Below the pieces are notes generated by a model, which saw nothing but the letters and a program-made list of their open reading frames with translations, was not told the origin of the DNA and did no database searches. A DNA stretch of 64,000 nucleotides from the human T2T-CHM13v2.0 reference genome, Homo sapiens, in NCBI RefSeq assembly GCF_009914755.1, contig NC_060927.1; one strand, 5' to 3'. Both the position numbers and the translations under genes were made by a program. The stretch's first letter is position 1; each line of letters opens with the position of its first letter. Shown here piece by piece: positions 38,701-52,538 of the stretch.

Positions 38701-38769
38701 ATATGAAAGTCCTTTTTATGTGTCTTCTCTGGTGCTACTCCCACTGGCTGGAAGGCTCTCTTTCCACAC

Positions 38770-39674
38770 TGTGCTGGTTATCAATTTACTGTCTCAGGCC
38801 AGGCACAGTGGCTCAAGCCTGTAATCCTAGCTCTTTGGGAGGCCAAGATGGGAGGACCGATTGAGTCCAGGAGTTCGAGACCAGCCTGGTCAACATAGTG
38901 AGTTTCCATCTCTATTAAAAAAAAATTAAATAAATAAATTACTGTCTCAGTTCCAAATTCACACTTAATTACCTGCTGTGTAAAAATGCAACTGGCCTTT
39001 AAATAGTTTTTATTTGCCAGTGGACATAATGCTAAACTTTGTCAATAGAGGGCGGTGGGAAGATACTGCAGGAGGAAGGGATTTTCCTTCTTGTTCCCAG
39101 TGTGCTCCTGCAGCAAGCTTCTGCAGCATGTGCAGCTTTTCCAGCACCAGGCTTCTCCTGGGCACATGGCTTCCCAGGCACCCACCTCCTGCACTGTGGG
39201 CAGCCTCTCCCACACCAGGTACTGGCAGCTCAGGCAGCTTCTCCAACACAGGGCAGCCAGCACAAGGAGCAGCCAGCATCTTCCTCTAGCACGGGCTTGG
39301 GTTATTTCCTAGCAGAGTGCATTCAGCAAGATACCTCCCTGTGAACAGCTTTCCCCTGCACTCTGGAGAGTGTATTTCCAGGACTTCCATCACAGCAACT
39401 TCTCTGCAATTCATTAAGTCCTGGAGGTCTGGATAGCAGACCTGGGGCAGAGGGCAGAAACAGCTCTTCCTTGGGTGTTCTGTGTCAGTGCTAGGTTTGA
39501 GTAGTGGCTGATTATTACATCTATTTCTATATTTTTAGAGTTCTCTTTACTTCCTACAATCCCTCATTAATCAGATCCCCTGTTGTAGTTAATCATTCTT
39601 CATATTAAACTCTCTATGTTCAATTTATTGCATTTCTTTTTTTTTGTCTCCTGATTTGAACCTGACTCATGAAC
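38770..39674 (+). mobile_element. LTR41-like (ERVL) solo LTR
   Basis: TGTGCTGGTTATC...TCTCAGTTCCAAATTCAC...TTTGCCAG...TTTGTCAATAGAGGGCGG...ACTGCAGGAGGAAGGG; end GTCTCCTGATTTGAACCTGACT. Confidence 0.8.
38797..38938 (+). mobile_element. FLAM_C / free left Alu monomer with TSD
   Basis: Single left arm plus A tail; TSD TTACTGTCTCAG on both sides. Confidence 0.9.
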
Positions 39675-39740
39675 ATACCTTCGTCTGGTATATCCTCCTT
39701 CCTCAGCAAGATTCATCTCAACTATTACTACCATTCTGAT

Positions 39741-39830
39741 TTAGGTGTATCAGAATGAATTACATAAAAGTGCCATTTTTGTAGGTCAAAAATAGTTGAC
39801 TATTGACAATTTCAAGTGGTTCAAACTAGT
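39741..39830. mobile_element. MADE2 mariner MITE
   Basis: TTAGGT...GCCATTTTTGTAGGTCAAAAATAGTTGACTATTGACAATTTCAAGTGGTTCAAACTA. Confidence 0.8.
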
Positions 39831-40289
39831 ATTTTCTCTGTAGTTTCCAATGCATACCTCTACCGGCACTTCTCTCACTAATTGAAAATATCAATTTTTG
39901 AAATAATGTCACCTACTATAAGGTTGCACATTCTTGGCAACAATTTTTAATCTTTCATCCTTAATGCCTAAATGCCTAATCTAATTCACAGTAATTACTA
40001 TATGCTCCAAAAAATAAAATACACTGTTGAACTAACTGAATACTGGCAAATCATGTAGTCTCTCTAATCTTCAATTTCTTTCTCCTCTAACTGGGATCAT
40101 TAACACCTGCTCTATCTAATTCTAAAGTTCTTAAAACAGACTAAATGAATATTTGCTCCTACTTCCTTAGTACAGTTGAAGAAGGCAGATAATGCTACTA
40201 AATGTGTTATTTCATGTGGGAAAAATAACTGAAGAATTACTCTTTTAATAACAAGATTTGATTTTCCAAATATTATAATTAATTGTAGC

Positions 40290-41480
<1,191 letters not shown>

Positions 41481-42364
41481 TTTATGTTAAGCAAGTTCCT
41501 CCTCATCCTGACATCAGAGTCACCTCTATTTTACCTTTTTAAATTCACTCCTGGGTATTTTGTTATCTCAGCTCTAGTGTACCACATGATAGAGTATGAC
41601 TATTTTTTTCTAAAAATGTAATAATGTACTAACTATAATCTGAAAGTTAACCTTAATATATTTGCAAGATCTTTAAAAATACCAGGCATTTTTGGAGGGA
41701 TGGAAATTTGGAGAAACTGAGTCATGTGACTTTTTAAAACAACTTAATGATAAATATGGTTTTGCTTTATTTGTTTTATGATTGCCTGATGAAGTGTATA
41801 GTATCTATAATGGCCTAGCCTTTATAAGTATATTATTATTTATGATTTTCATTAAAGAAATTATTCTTGTCAACATGTGAGTAAATTCTGTCTGCTAAAA
41901 TGAATTTTTCTAGCTTGGTAGGAAAATTTCGTGGGCATGTAATAGTCTTTTGAATTTTAAATACTGTCTTTGTTGAAGGTGTAGGAGTGTGTGTGTGCAT
42001 GTACGTGTGTGTTTTATGCTTGTGAAATATCTGGCAGCAATTCCAGGGGAGTTGTAGGAAATGGTAACTTTACAAAGTGCCCCTTCCTACCCCATTCTTC
42101 TGGCTTGCAATGCATTTTCCTTTTCTTGCTTATCACAAAAGATGGCCATCTTGCACTTTTGTCCTCTCAGCCAATACCTCACACATCCAGAGTCCTTGGG
42201 GTGGGTTATATGAGGATGAAGGAGGTTCCTGAAGTGTTCTCCTTGGGTATGACACATGCCTTCATGGGCTGTATTAGAAATCTTCAGGAGATTTTGGGTC
42301 TTCCCCTCCCTCTCTGGGAGCTTGCTATACATTTCCAGCCAGCGACTCAAAATAATTGCCCTCA

Positions 42365-42625
<261 letters not shown>

Positions 42626-43210
42626 TTAATTTTTAATTTTAAAAACTGTCCACATGACACGGCTACCACTGCAACTGCCACCACCCCAGGATGGATTCTG
42701 AGTGGTCCCTGCTTTTTCGCATCCTTACTTTGACTCAGGGTCCAAAGCAGGTAGATATGAATGGTAGACTTTATGACAGCTGCAGGGGAGACTCAGAAAT
42801 TGAGCTGCTGGTATTTTCAGTGTTAAGATAAGGGTTACTCATCTTATGAGTAAGGGGTCCGGATGCTGGGTAGACATAAAGAATGTCAAATGTCCATTCC
42901 CTAAACTCATGCAGATGAACATTACCTTCAGTGCTTTTACAATAATCTGGGTGTCAGGTGACCAGAATTCTCAAAGGGATTGATACTACCTCTACAGCTG
43001 CTTATTTTACAAATACTTTCTATTAATAATGGAAATTTGTCATGGGCAAAACAGTACTCTAGGTACTAGTGGGGATGATACAATGTATAAAAAACTCTTG
43101 CTATCCTTCGCAGACCACAATCTAGTTGTCCAAGCAAGACACACACAAATAAGGCTTTAAATATTGACTTAGCAAAATTACAAGAGCAATGCAAAGCAGT
43201 CCATAACCAT

Positions 43211-43690
43211 TGTGTTTGGATTTCTCCCAAGGCAGAACCTGAGACAAAGACTTGAGTCAGTCAATCTATTTTGGAGGTGGACCCAGGAGGCAGGAGTGAG
43301 AGAATAGGGAGAATGCATGAGGAAAAGCCAATATGCGAGTGTCTGTCATGGGTCAGTACTGTGGGCACTCGGGGCTACTTTCTACAAAGCATTCAGAACA
43401 GAAGTACCCACCTGAAAAACAGAAAGTGAAAGCATTTATCCACTGGTTCCCATACCCCACTGATGAAGAGTTTTCCACAGGGATGATAAATCACCCACAA
43501 TTCCAGGCTGAGCTTGTTCATAGATCCTTCAAGTTCCCTGATATTGGAGAAAGCCCCTTGAGCAAATGCAATTGAAGAGGGTGAGGTGGGCTGCCCACTG
43601 AGTGAGGTGAGTCTGAACGTACATGGACCCTTCCACCACAGCTGCATTTGAAATCAGAGGTGGGTCAAGGGGATGTGACAAGGGCCTGTT
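43211..43690 (-). mobile_element. LTR16-like (ERVL) solo LTR, within an antisense L2
   Basis: GCAGAACCTGAGACAAAGACTTG...TATTTTGGAGGTGGACCCAGGAGGCAGGAGTGAG...GGTCAAGGGGATGTG. Confidence 0.78.
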
Positions 43691-45199
43691 ATTATACAAC
43701 TGTCAACCTACAGACACACTTTATAGGAGTGATACATTCAAATGAGCACAAGGTCACTACAGGCTGAAGTGTTTGGGTCTGCGGAGGGCAGGTTCCTTGA
43801 GGAGGCTGAACTCCAGCTGAGCTTGGAGAGAACTGATAGAATTTCTCATGCCAAAAATTTTGCAGCAGATCAGAATCTGGAGCTTTCCAAACTCTGGCTG
43901 TGCTGAAGGCAGAGGTTATATATTCCAGTGCACTGTGCTTCTGTGTTTCAGTCTATATTCTATTTCACTTCTGGCAATAACATTACATTGAGGTTATGGC
44001 ATTCAGGCATCTTTCAAATGCTTGCCAGGGTTTGACACTGAAAAACATTCCTTCAATCCAAGTGGTTTCAGAGTACTAAAAATTCTGATAAAGATAGCAG
44101 TGGTTATTTAAAAAGTCCTATGTACAAAAAATATAATCCATAATAATTTAACTTAATGATGATTCTGATAAAATAAGCAATTATTGTTGGGTAAAATAGG
44201 TGATATGTTTTTCCCTCTGTATGTTCATAACCTTGCTTATAAGGTACCTGTAACATAAAAATAAAGAAATGTATTTACATTTAGGAGCCAACAATTATGT
44301 CAAAGTATGTATATTAAATAAAGTGTTTATAATATTAAAGTAAAATATGGGTCCGTCAGGAATTTTTTTTTTCATTCACCTCATGTTACTGCTGTCAATA
44401 TGATCTAGTCATTATACTGGAAGAAATAAATTCCATTTCTCTTAAAATTATATGATATATATTTTACCTAAACCAGTCTCACATACTCCCCTATTATTTC
44501 AAAGCGAGGTGTCTTCAGAGTGACAAATAACTGATTGACAAACGCCCCAGGCATAAGGCCACATACTGCATTTAGTGGTTTCCTTTGTTCCCTCACACGC
44601 ACTCACTCACTCTGAAAGGGGATTCTTTACTCCTCACTGCTCTTCTTCCTCCTTTGAATGATGCCTCCACAGACAACCACTAACCTGAGCTGATAACACT
44701 ATAGAAAGACAAAGAAATATCATGCATAGAAGTCGCATGCCCAGAAACCCCCTTCTTTCTTTCTCAGGTTAGTGATAGCCCTGTGGAATTTTTCTGTGCT
44801 CTTCTCATTCTCAATGCCCTTGTGCTTTCATCAACTGAGGCTACAGTTCTTTTCCACCAGAGATAACTGCTTACATGCAGAGATTCTCTTAGACGCCCTT
44901 CTGATTTCCTTAGCTTCCTCAACTTTTGACAATTGCCGCTGTAAAATCTCCACCTCTTTGCTTGGTTAAATGAGACAATATTCTTGAATGAAATTTGTAG
45001 ACTGTAAAGCAATGTATGAATGCAGCTTATTGTCATCATTTATGATCTCCCCAAATCACCCAAGTCAGGCCTGATAAACAGTGTTCATAATATATGTTTC
45101 CAGAAAAGGAGAAAAACCAAAGTTTCATAAATAAAGCTTTTTTCCCCTCATTCTAAAAGTACACATTCTAGTTGAAGAGTGAAATAATATACAAAAATT

Positions 45200-45525
<326 letters not shown>

Positions 45526-45605
45526 TTACCCTAAGTCTGACCATCCAAATTGAGCCATTTTTTCTTCCTGTTTTTTAATCTGCATATTTTTTATAGGCAT
45601 GGTCA

Positions 45606-45960
<355 letters not shown>

Positions 45961-46934
45961 TAATTAACATTATAGTATAAAAACTTTTTGTGCCATTATA
46001 TGCCCTATAACATCCTATAACATAAAATATTTTATTGAAATTTTATATAACAAAAATGCCAGCACCATTAACCTCCTAAATCTTTGAAGGTATTCAGAAG
46101 TCCCCTTTAAAACATCCATAAATTTCTCCAGCTATCCCCTCTAATTAAACTTGCCTTTATTAAAACTCTATTAAAAATAAACACATGCACATTAAACAGG
46201 TTAATTGTATGGTAAAGAAATTCTATCTCAATAAAGCTGTTATTTTAAACATTACAATATAAATAAACATAAATAATGCATTTCCCCTTAAACATGATTA
46301 CATTTTTAATTAGTTGCTAGTGTGGCAGAAGAATTTATTAAAATATTAATTTGTGTTTTGGTCTGTGCTCAATCCCAGATGTTAGCCTCAAGATTTTATA
46401 TTTCCTTTCTTCGGAGGTATTTGCATGGCCAAGTAGAGGCTATGTGAAACAAATTTTCTTCTCAACTTGGATACAAATCTAAACTTACCGAAGAGTTTAT
46501 GCAAGCTATCCCACAGAGTGAGGAGAGAAAAGAAAGACCCTTTGAAGTTTGAAAGAGGGAAAAATAAGGGCTGTTCTCTTGCCTAGGGAGAGGTCAGGGG
46601 TAGAAGGAAAACATAACTCTGGGGCAGGTGGCCCTAGATTGGAGTACATGGCAGGGATGAGTTCCAGACACAGACTTGTCTTGCCCCGGCAGTGCCACCA
46701 AATCATCAGAACTCCTGAGACAGCAGGTGCTCAGGGGCTGGCATAGGTTCTAGTGGAAACTAGGGTTGCTCCTAGCGTAATCAGATTGGCTTCCCAGGAG
46801 CTCTGTGATTTCAAGAGAATCTGGCAATTTCGTGTGAACCCTTTCAGGAATAGTGAGTCCTAATGATCACAGACTAAATCTTTCACGAGTCTGGAGGCAC
46901 AATGCCTCAGGCTCAAGTCTAAACTGGTTTACAG

Positions 46935-47530
46935 TAGTTCCACCATTGTGGAAGACAGTGTGGCGATTCCTCAAGGATCTAGAACTAGAAATACCATTTG
47001 ACCCAGCAATCCCATTACTGGGTATATACCCAAAGGATTATAAATCATGCTGGTATAAAGACACATGCACACATATGTTCATTGCAGCACTATTCACAAT
47101 AGCAAAGACTTGGAACCAACCCAAATGTCTATCAATGATAGATTGGATTAAGAAAAATGTGGCACATATACACCATGGAATACTACGCAGCCATAAAAAG
47201 GATGAGATCATGTCCTTTGTAGGGACATGGATGAAGCTGGAAACCATCATTCTCAGCAAACTATCGCAAGGACAAAAAACCAAACATCGCATGTTCTCAC
47301 TCATAGGTGGGAACTGAACAATGAGAACACTTGGACACAGGAAGGGGAACATCACACACCAGGGCCTGTCGTGGGGTGGGGGAGGGGGGAGGGATAGCAT
47401 TAGGAGATATACCTAATGTAAATGACGAGTTAATGGGTGCAGCACACCGACATGGCACATGTATACATATATAACAAACCTGCGCATTGTGCACATGTAC
47501 CCTAGAACTTAAAGTATAATAAAAAAAAAA
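46935..47530 (+). mobile_element. 5'-truncated L1PA4-like element with perfect 14-bp TSD
   Basis: ORF2 C-terminus (..LSKLSQGQKTKHRMFSLIGGN*), 3' UTR GGAGATATACCTAATGTAAATGACGAGTTAATGGG, A tail; TSD AAACTGGTTTACAG at 46921-46934 and 47531-47544. Confidence 0.96.
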
Positions 47531-47663
47531 AAACTGGTTTACAGGACAGAAGGAAATGCAATCGTTTTTACTAAGAACATTCATATTCATGATACTTGTA
47601 CTGCAACCATATAGATTGTGACTATTTTCTAAATATCACTTCACGTATGATGTTACTAATCAA

Positions 47664-47960
47664 TTTTTATTTATTTTTATTATTTTTTTAGAGACAGGGT
47701 TTCGCTCTGTCATCCAAGCTGGAGTACAGTGGCACAATCATAGCTCACTATAACCTCGAACTCCTGGGCTCAACCTGTTCTGTAGTAGCTAGGACTACAG
47801 GTGTGTGCCACCATGCCCGGCTAATAATTTTTTATTTTTTTGTAGAGATAGGGTCTCACTGTGCTGCCAAGTCTGGTCTCAAACTCCTGGCCTTAAGCTA
47901 TCCTCCTACCTCAGCCTCCCCAGTTGCTGGAATTACAGACACGAGCCACGCATGTGGGTC
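47664..47960 (-). mobile_element. AluJ with small right-arm deletion
   Basis: Antisense J dimer; degenerate TSD CTAA(T/C)CAATTTT. Confidence 0.9.
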
Positions 47961-48019
47961 CTAACCAATTTTAAAAAGGAAAGTTACTCCTCTGTTCCAC
48001 CCTCCAATGGAGTAGAACT

Positions 48020-48190
48020 GCAGTATTTTAAATCTGGAAGGGATCTTGTACATCTAGTCCAACTCCCCCATTTTATGGATTAAAAATTCGAACCTTCAGA
48101 AGGAGGGATGAATTCTCCAGAGTCACAGAGTTAAACCTGGAGTAGAATCCAGTAGTATCTTCATTCAAGGGAGTGTTCCTTCACTTTCTT
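48020..48190 (-). mobile_element. MIR3/MIRc-like
   Basis: CTGGAAGGGATCTTG..CATCTAGTCCAACTCCCCCATTTTATGGAT. Confidence 0.75.
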
Positions 48191-48720
48191 GAGATAGGAT
48201 TTGTAGTTGCCACATTAAAGTGCTAATAGATGGATGTGTCATCAAGCCCTGCTGGTCCACCCTATGGATACAGATATTGAGTTGGATAATCACTAATATT
48301 TACTTGTGATAAAGCTTGGCTTTATTGTAATTCAGTTGAGAATGGTGGACTTTCAAGTTTGTATAGTTCAATAGAAGAATGTCATTGTCACCAAAACCAC
48401 ATATCTACTATGGCACTTCTCCAAAGACCAGCAGTGATCAACCATCATCATTATTATATACTGTATAAAAATATAAAAAACACATTATCCCTTCATTGTT
48501 TCTTCTAGTGTTCCTACAGTGATTTCGCAAAGATACACTTTGACCTATGTTTTTATTCCTTCTATAATGTGAGGATGTAATTCAGAAGTGAAGAACCAGC
48601 AGAAATGACAATATAAGATAAAAAGGGACAGAAATAATGTGAAACAAAAGAAATGACATATTGTGCAAGGGTTAGTTTTACAAAAAGATATGTAATATCA
48701 TGAAAGATTAAGATGAAGTA

Positions 48721-48794
48721 GATGCTTTTGCTCGTACACTGATTGGAAAAATAGGATGCTTTTGCTTGTTGCACACTGCTTGGGAAAGTATGGA
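48721..48794. repeat. Degenerate ~35-bp tandem duplication
   Basis: GATGCTTTTGCTCGTACACTGATTGGAAAAATAGGA vs GATGCTTTTGCTTGTTGCACACTGCTTGGGAAAGTATGGA. Confidence 0.85.
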
Positions 48795-49509
48795 GTGGCA
48801 TAAGCTGCATGGTTTATTGTGACACATGCAGAACTGGTCTTTTCTTTGTCATCCTTTGTATGCTGGTTAAACATTTGTTACGCATTTTATCACCATTTAA
48901 GCACTTTTCCTATTCACTAACTTAGAAGCAATTGAAGCAATTTTAAATTCTCACTCTGGGAAAATAAAACTGCCATTAGAAGAAAACACATTTACTGTGA
49001 TTTATTCCTATCAATACATTTTAATTCAAAAATATCTTTTTCTGATTATATCTTCGTTCAATAATTGCAATTACACAGTATGGTTGTTGTTGAAGGAATC
49101 AAATATACTTTTTATCTGGTAAACTCACTAAATTTTGTGTCTAAGGTATGGGTTTTATTTATGAGAGTGGTTTCTTTCATTATAAAAATGCAAATTTGTT
49201 AATAGTACTCTCTGGTAAACAGATTAGTTTATGAAATTATTGGGTCACCAATGTTGAAGTTAAAATTCAGAAACAGGAATGTCAGAGGGAGGTGGCCAGC
49301 AACTGCCTTGGCAAGACCTCATAGGGTCAAATGACCTTCGAGGAGTTTCTCTAGGTCAGTAGCAGGTCCTGAACTATCGTGAGACCAATAATTTGATTTT
49401 GTTGATACATCCAGATTTGACCATTTCAAGGAAGTAATTCGTGTTTATTTAAATTCTCAAGGGACTGACCTATAAACCTAGATGCAAATTTATTCCTTTA
49501 TAATGGTAG

Positions 49510-49690
49510 ACAGAACTTGGGCTATGATGTCAACAGAGCTGGATTCTGATCCACCGTCACCGTTACTTACTATGAGGGAAAATTACTAAATTTCTCTAAG
49601 ACTCACTACTTGCATCTATAAAATGCAACTGCCATGAATATTAAAAGACATAAATAAAGTACAAAGCCTGGTAGTTAGTGAATGGTGACT
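49510..49690 (+). mobile_element. MIR
   Basis: AAATTACTAAATTTCTCTAAGACTCACTACTTGCATCTATAAAATG. Confidence 0.7.
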
Positions 49691-50208
49691 ATAAGGACGA
49701 ACTTGATGGTGGTGATGAAAACAAAGAAGGAGAAGGAGGAAAAGGAGAAAAAGCAGGTTGCTGGAATCACGGGGATTAGAAAGCTTACGCTGGAATCAGC
49801 ATATTTTCTTCCTGAGATCTAAGACAGTCCAAGAGTGAATTAGAAGACACTCAGCTAGCAGAGAATCAGAGCAAAGTTAATTACATGGAATGCTATAAAA
49901 ACTTGGGCCTTCACACTATGAGGATCTGGTAGGTCCATCTCTATCTTATGGATACATCTGCCTGGCAGAGAGGATAAGTTGTTTTATTCCACCACCAAGA
50001 ACAGTGCCTGGCAAATGGCAGGCCATTAGTAAATAGTTAATGGATGGACAGGTGGAGTACCCCAATTCATAGGCAGTGCTGCAAATAGTGATAATTTTTT
50101 TATCTTTGGTTCACCTATTTCTAGACTCAATAGATGTGTTATTCCCTCCATTTCTCCTCAATCCTCATACGATATGAACACAGAATTCCTTCAGTAACGT
50201 AATGAAGT

Positions 50209-50872
50209 GGTTCATATTTCTTTGTTATATCAATTACATTTAGACATTGTCTAATTAAACTCAAATCATTTTATCATTTACTTCAATCATACTGCCAAAT
50301 TCTGTAGCTAGATTATATTTATCTTGATCAACTCAGTTTTGGTCACATGATTGAGTTCTAACCAATAGGATGTGTGCACAAATGCTGTACATTTCTTCTA
50401 AGCATGGCCATCTTCCTATTTCTGATCTCAAATTTAAGCCCAGAAGGAAGTAAAGCATCCAGTGGTCCTAGGAGACAGTGTACCCAATAAAAGGAAAAGG
50501 CCGTGATCTCTGAAGAATCACATGGGGCAGAGAGGGAAAATGGAGCAGGTTCACATTTCTCTTGTTACATCAATTACATTTAGAAATTGTCTAATTAAAC
50601 TCAAATAATTTTATGATTCACTTCAATCATACTGCCAAATTCTGTAGCTAGATTATAGTTCTCTTGATCATCTCAGTTGTGGCCACATGATTGAGTTCTA
50701 ACCAGTTAGAATGTGTGCACAAGTGTTGTACATTTCTTCTAAGCATGGCCATCCTCCTATTTCAGATCTCTAATTTCAGTCCAGAAGAATGAAGAGAATC
50801 CAGTGGACCAAGGACATGGTGAAGCCAATAAAAAGGAAAAGCCAGGATCTCTGAATAATCACATGGAGCAGA
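50209..50872. repeat. ~340-bp diverged tandem duplication including the 5' part of an old MLT1 LTR
   Basis: Copy 1 50209-50532, copy 2 50548-50872; e.g. CAATTACATTTAGA at 50231 and 50571. Confidence 0.95.
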
Positions 50873-51341
50873 TTTTGCCTCCCTCCTCACCATCACCTCT
50901 GCACACATAGACCCTTCACTGGACTATGATGAGAATGAAATATACGCCTTCGTTCTGTATTCTGAAAAGAGTTCTATAACCTGTAAGTAGCCCATGTATT
51001 ATTTGTTGACTGAACAAATGATATAGTTTGAGTACATACACATTACTACCAAAGGACTTAATATATATAATGCATATAGCATATGTGAGCTATTGTTATC
51101 ACTACCATTTTCTAAATGTATATATTTGTGATTGTGATTAACAAAGTAAAATTTTATCTGAATGTAATTGTTTGCAATATATTTCTCAACTACAGGCTGC
51201 TACAATATAACTACTATCATATGCATCGGAGGCTCAACATTTTGATATTAAGAAGGGATCCATACTTAAATATCTAGAGACTACTGCTCAACATTCCAAA
51301 CTATTTGCAATTCCTTGAATGGACAGTGACATTGATTTTGT

Positions 51342-51881
51342 ATATGTGACAAATTCTTTGGCTTGGCTTGCCCAACCTCTACTCCACATTACTTCATGGG
51401 TGCCTTCCTGGGCTGCAGAAGGTAGAAAGCTATCTTTCCCAACTTTTGCGCAAGGGTTCCAGATGCACAAAATAGATGCATTCTTCTAAGACACAGAAAT
51501 TGAAAATGGGGTTGAGGCCATCTACCTGCCTTTTTCTAGTTGTTTTTTTTTCTACTGGTAAGCAATTTTGCACAGACTGTTTTCTATAACAGAGTTTCTG
51601 TGTCCATTTTCTAGCCTGAGTGTTAAGAGGCAGTTGCAGTGGCAGCATCTAGGATGGCTTCCTGATTCTTCATTGGTGGATGGCAAGATATTCTTGGGCT
51701 GAATAATTCCAGGACAGTACTATGGTCTTCTGGGAATCATTCCTGGTGGGCCAGTCTATAGCCCATTCTTTTGGCCCTTTCATGATTTTTTTCCTAATTA
51801 CTTATGGCTTTTAGCCTATTCTTTCTGTCTTAAGATGACTACATTGGTTTCTGTTTTCTGCACTGAACCTTGACTGATACG
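51342..51881 (+). mobile_element. LTR33-like (ERVL) solo LTR
   Basis: CTGGGCTGCAGAAGGTAGAAAGC, GAGGCCATCT, GGCTTCCTGATT; end GGTTTCTGTTTTCTGCACTGAACCTTGACTGATAC. Confidence 0.75.
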
Positions 51882-52363
51882 GGCCTTGGAAAATATTGCT
51901 GGGACATGGAATGCATATCCCCTTCTCCCCCGGTCCCTATCCTCTTCTTCTCCTCAGCTCAAGTATCTACTTTTCCCAGACACCTTCACAAACCCCTTCA
52001 GCTGAGTCAAATACCTTTCCTTTCTGTTCTAGTCATAATCCTTGATAGCACTTCTCCCTATAGTAATGGTCAGTTATTTATCTATACAAGTTAACTGGAT
52101 AAAGCTACATTTTATTAGTCACTTGTCCCCAGGTATGTACACCATAAGAACTTGTGGAATAAATGAATGGATGAACAAATAACAATTAAAAACAAGTAAC
52201 CAGCCCACAAAGGAGAAAATGAAGAAGCAAGAGAGAAGATGTGTAGTTTTCTTACAAAATGGTACCATGTGCCAGTATATGTAAAATAAGGCAGAGCCGA
52301 AATGCCATGAGTCTAGGTATGTTCTCCTTAGTCTCCTAACAAAGAGATCCATATGGTCTAGAC

Positions 52364-52538
52364 CATATGGCAATTTTTTTTCTGTAAAGGAACAGATAGT
52401 AAATATTATAGGCTTTGTGACTCACACAATCTCTGTTGCAATTACTCAATTCTACCATCTTCTTAAGAAAGCAGCCATATATAAGGAGGAGAAGAGAAAG
52501 CAGATTTAGCCTGCAGGCAGCAGTTTGCCATTCCTTGG
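52364..52538. mobile_element. MER58A (hAT-Charlie)
   Basis: TTTTCTGTAAAGGAACAGATAGTAAATATTATAGGCTTTG...AAAGCAGCCATA...CAGTTTGCCATTCCTTG; target-like GTCTAGAC / GTTTAGAA. Confidence 0.85.

Noticed and set aside
39010-39344. Five overlapping ORFs in GC-rich DNA
   Set aside because: They fall in the CAG/CTG-rich interior of the LTR41-like element, where stops are rare.
46489-46505. 17-nt microexon using the same donor
   Set aside because: Not a multiple of three, and the acceptor context (GGGATAG) is weaker than the upstream one.
49324-49337. Oestrogen response element
   Set aside because: Half-site spacing is 2 nt, not the 3 nt of a canonical ERE.
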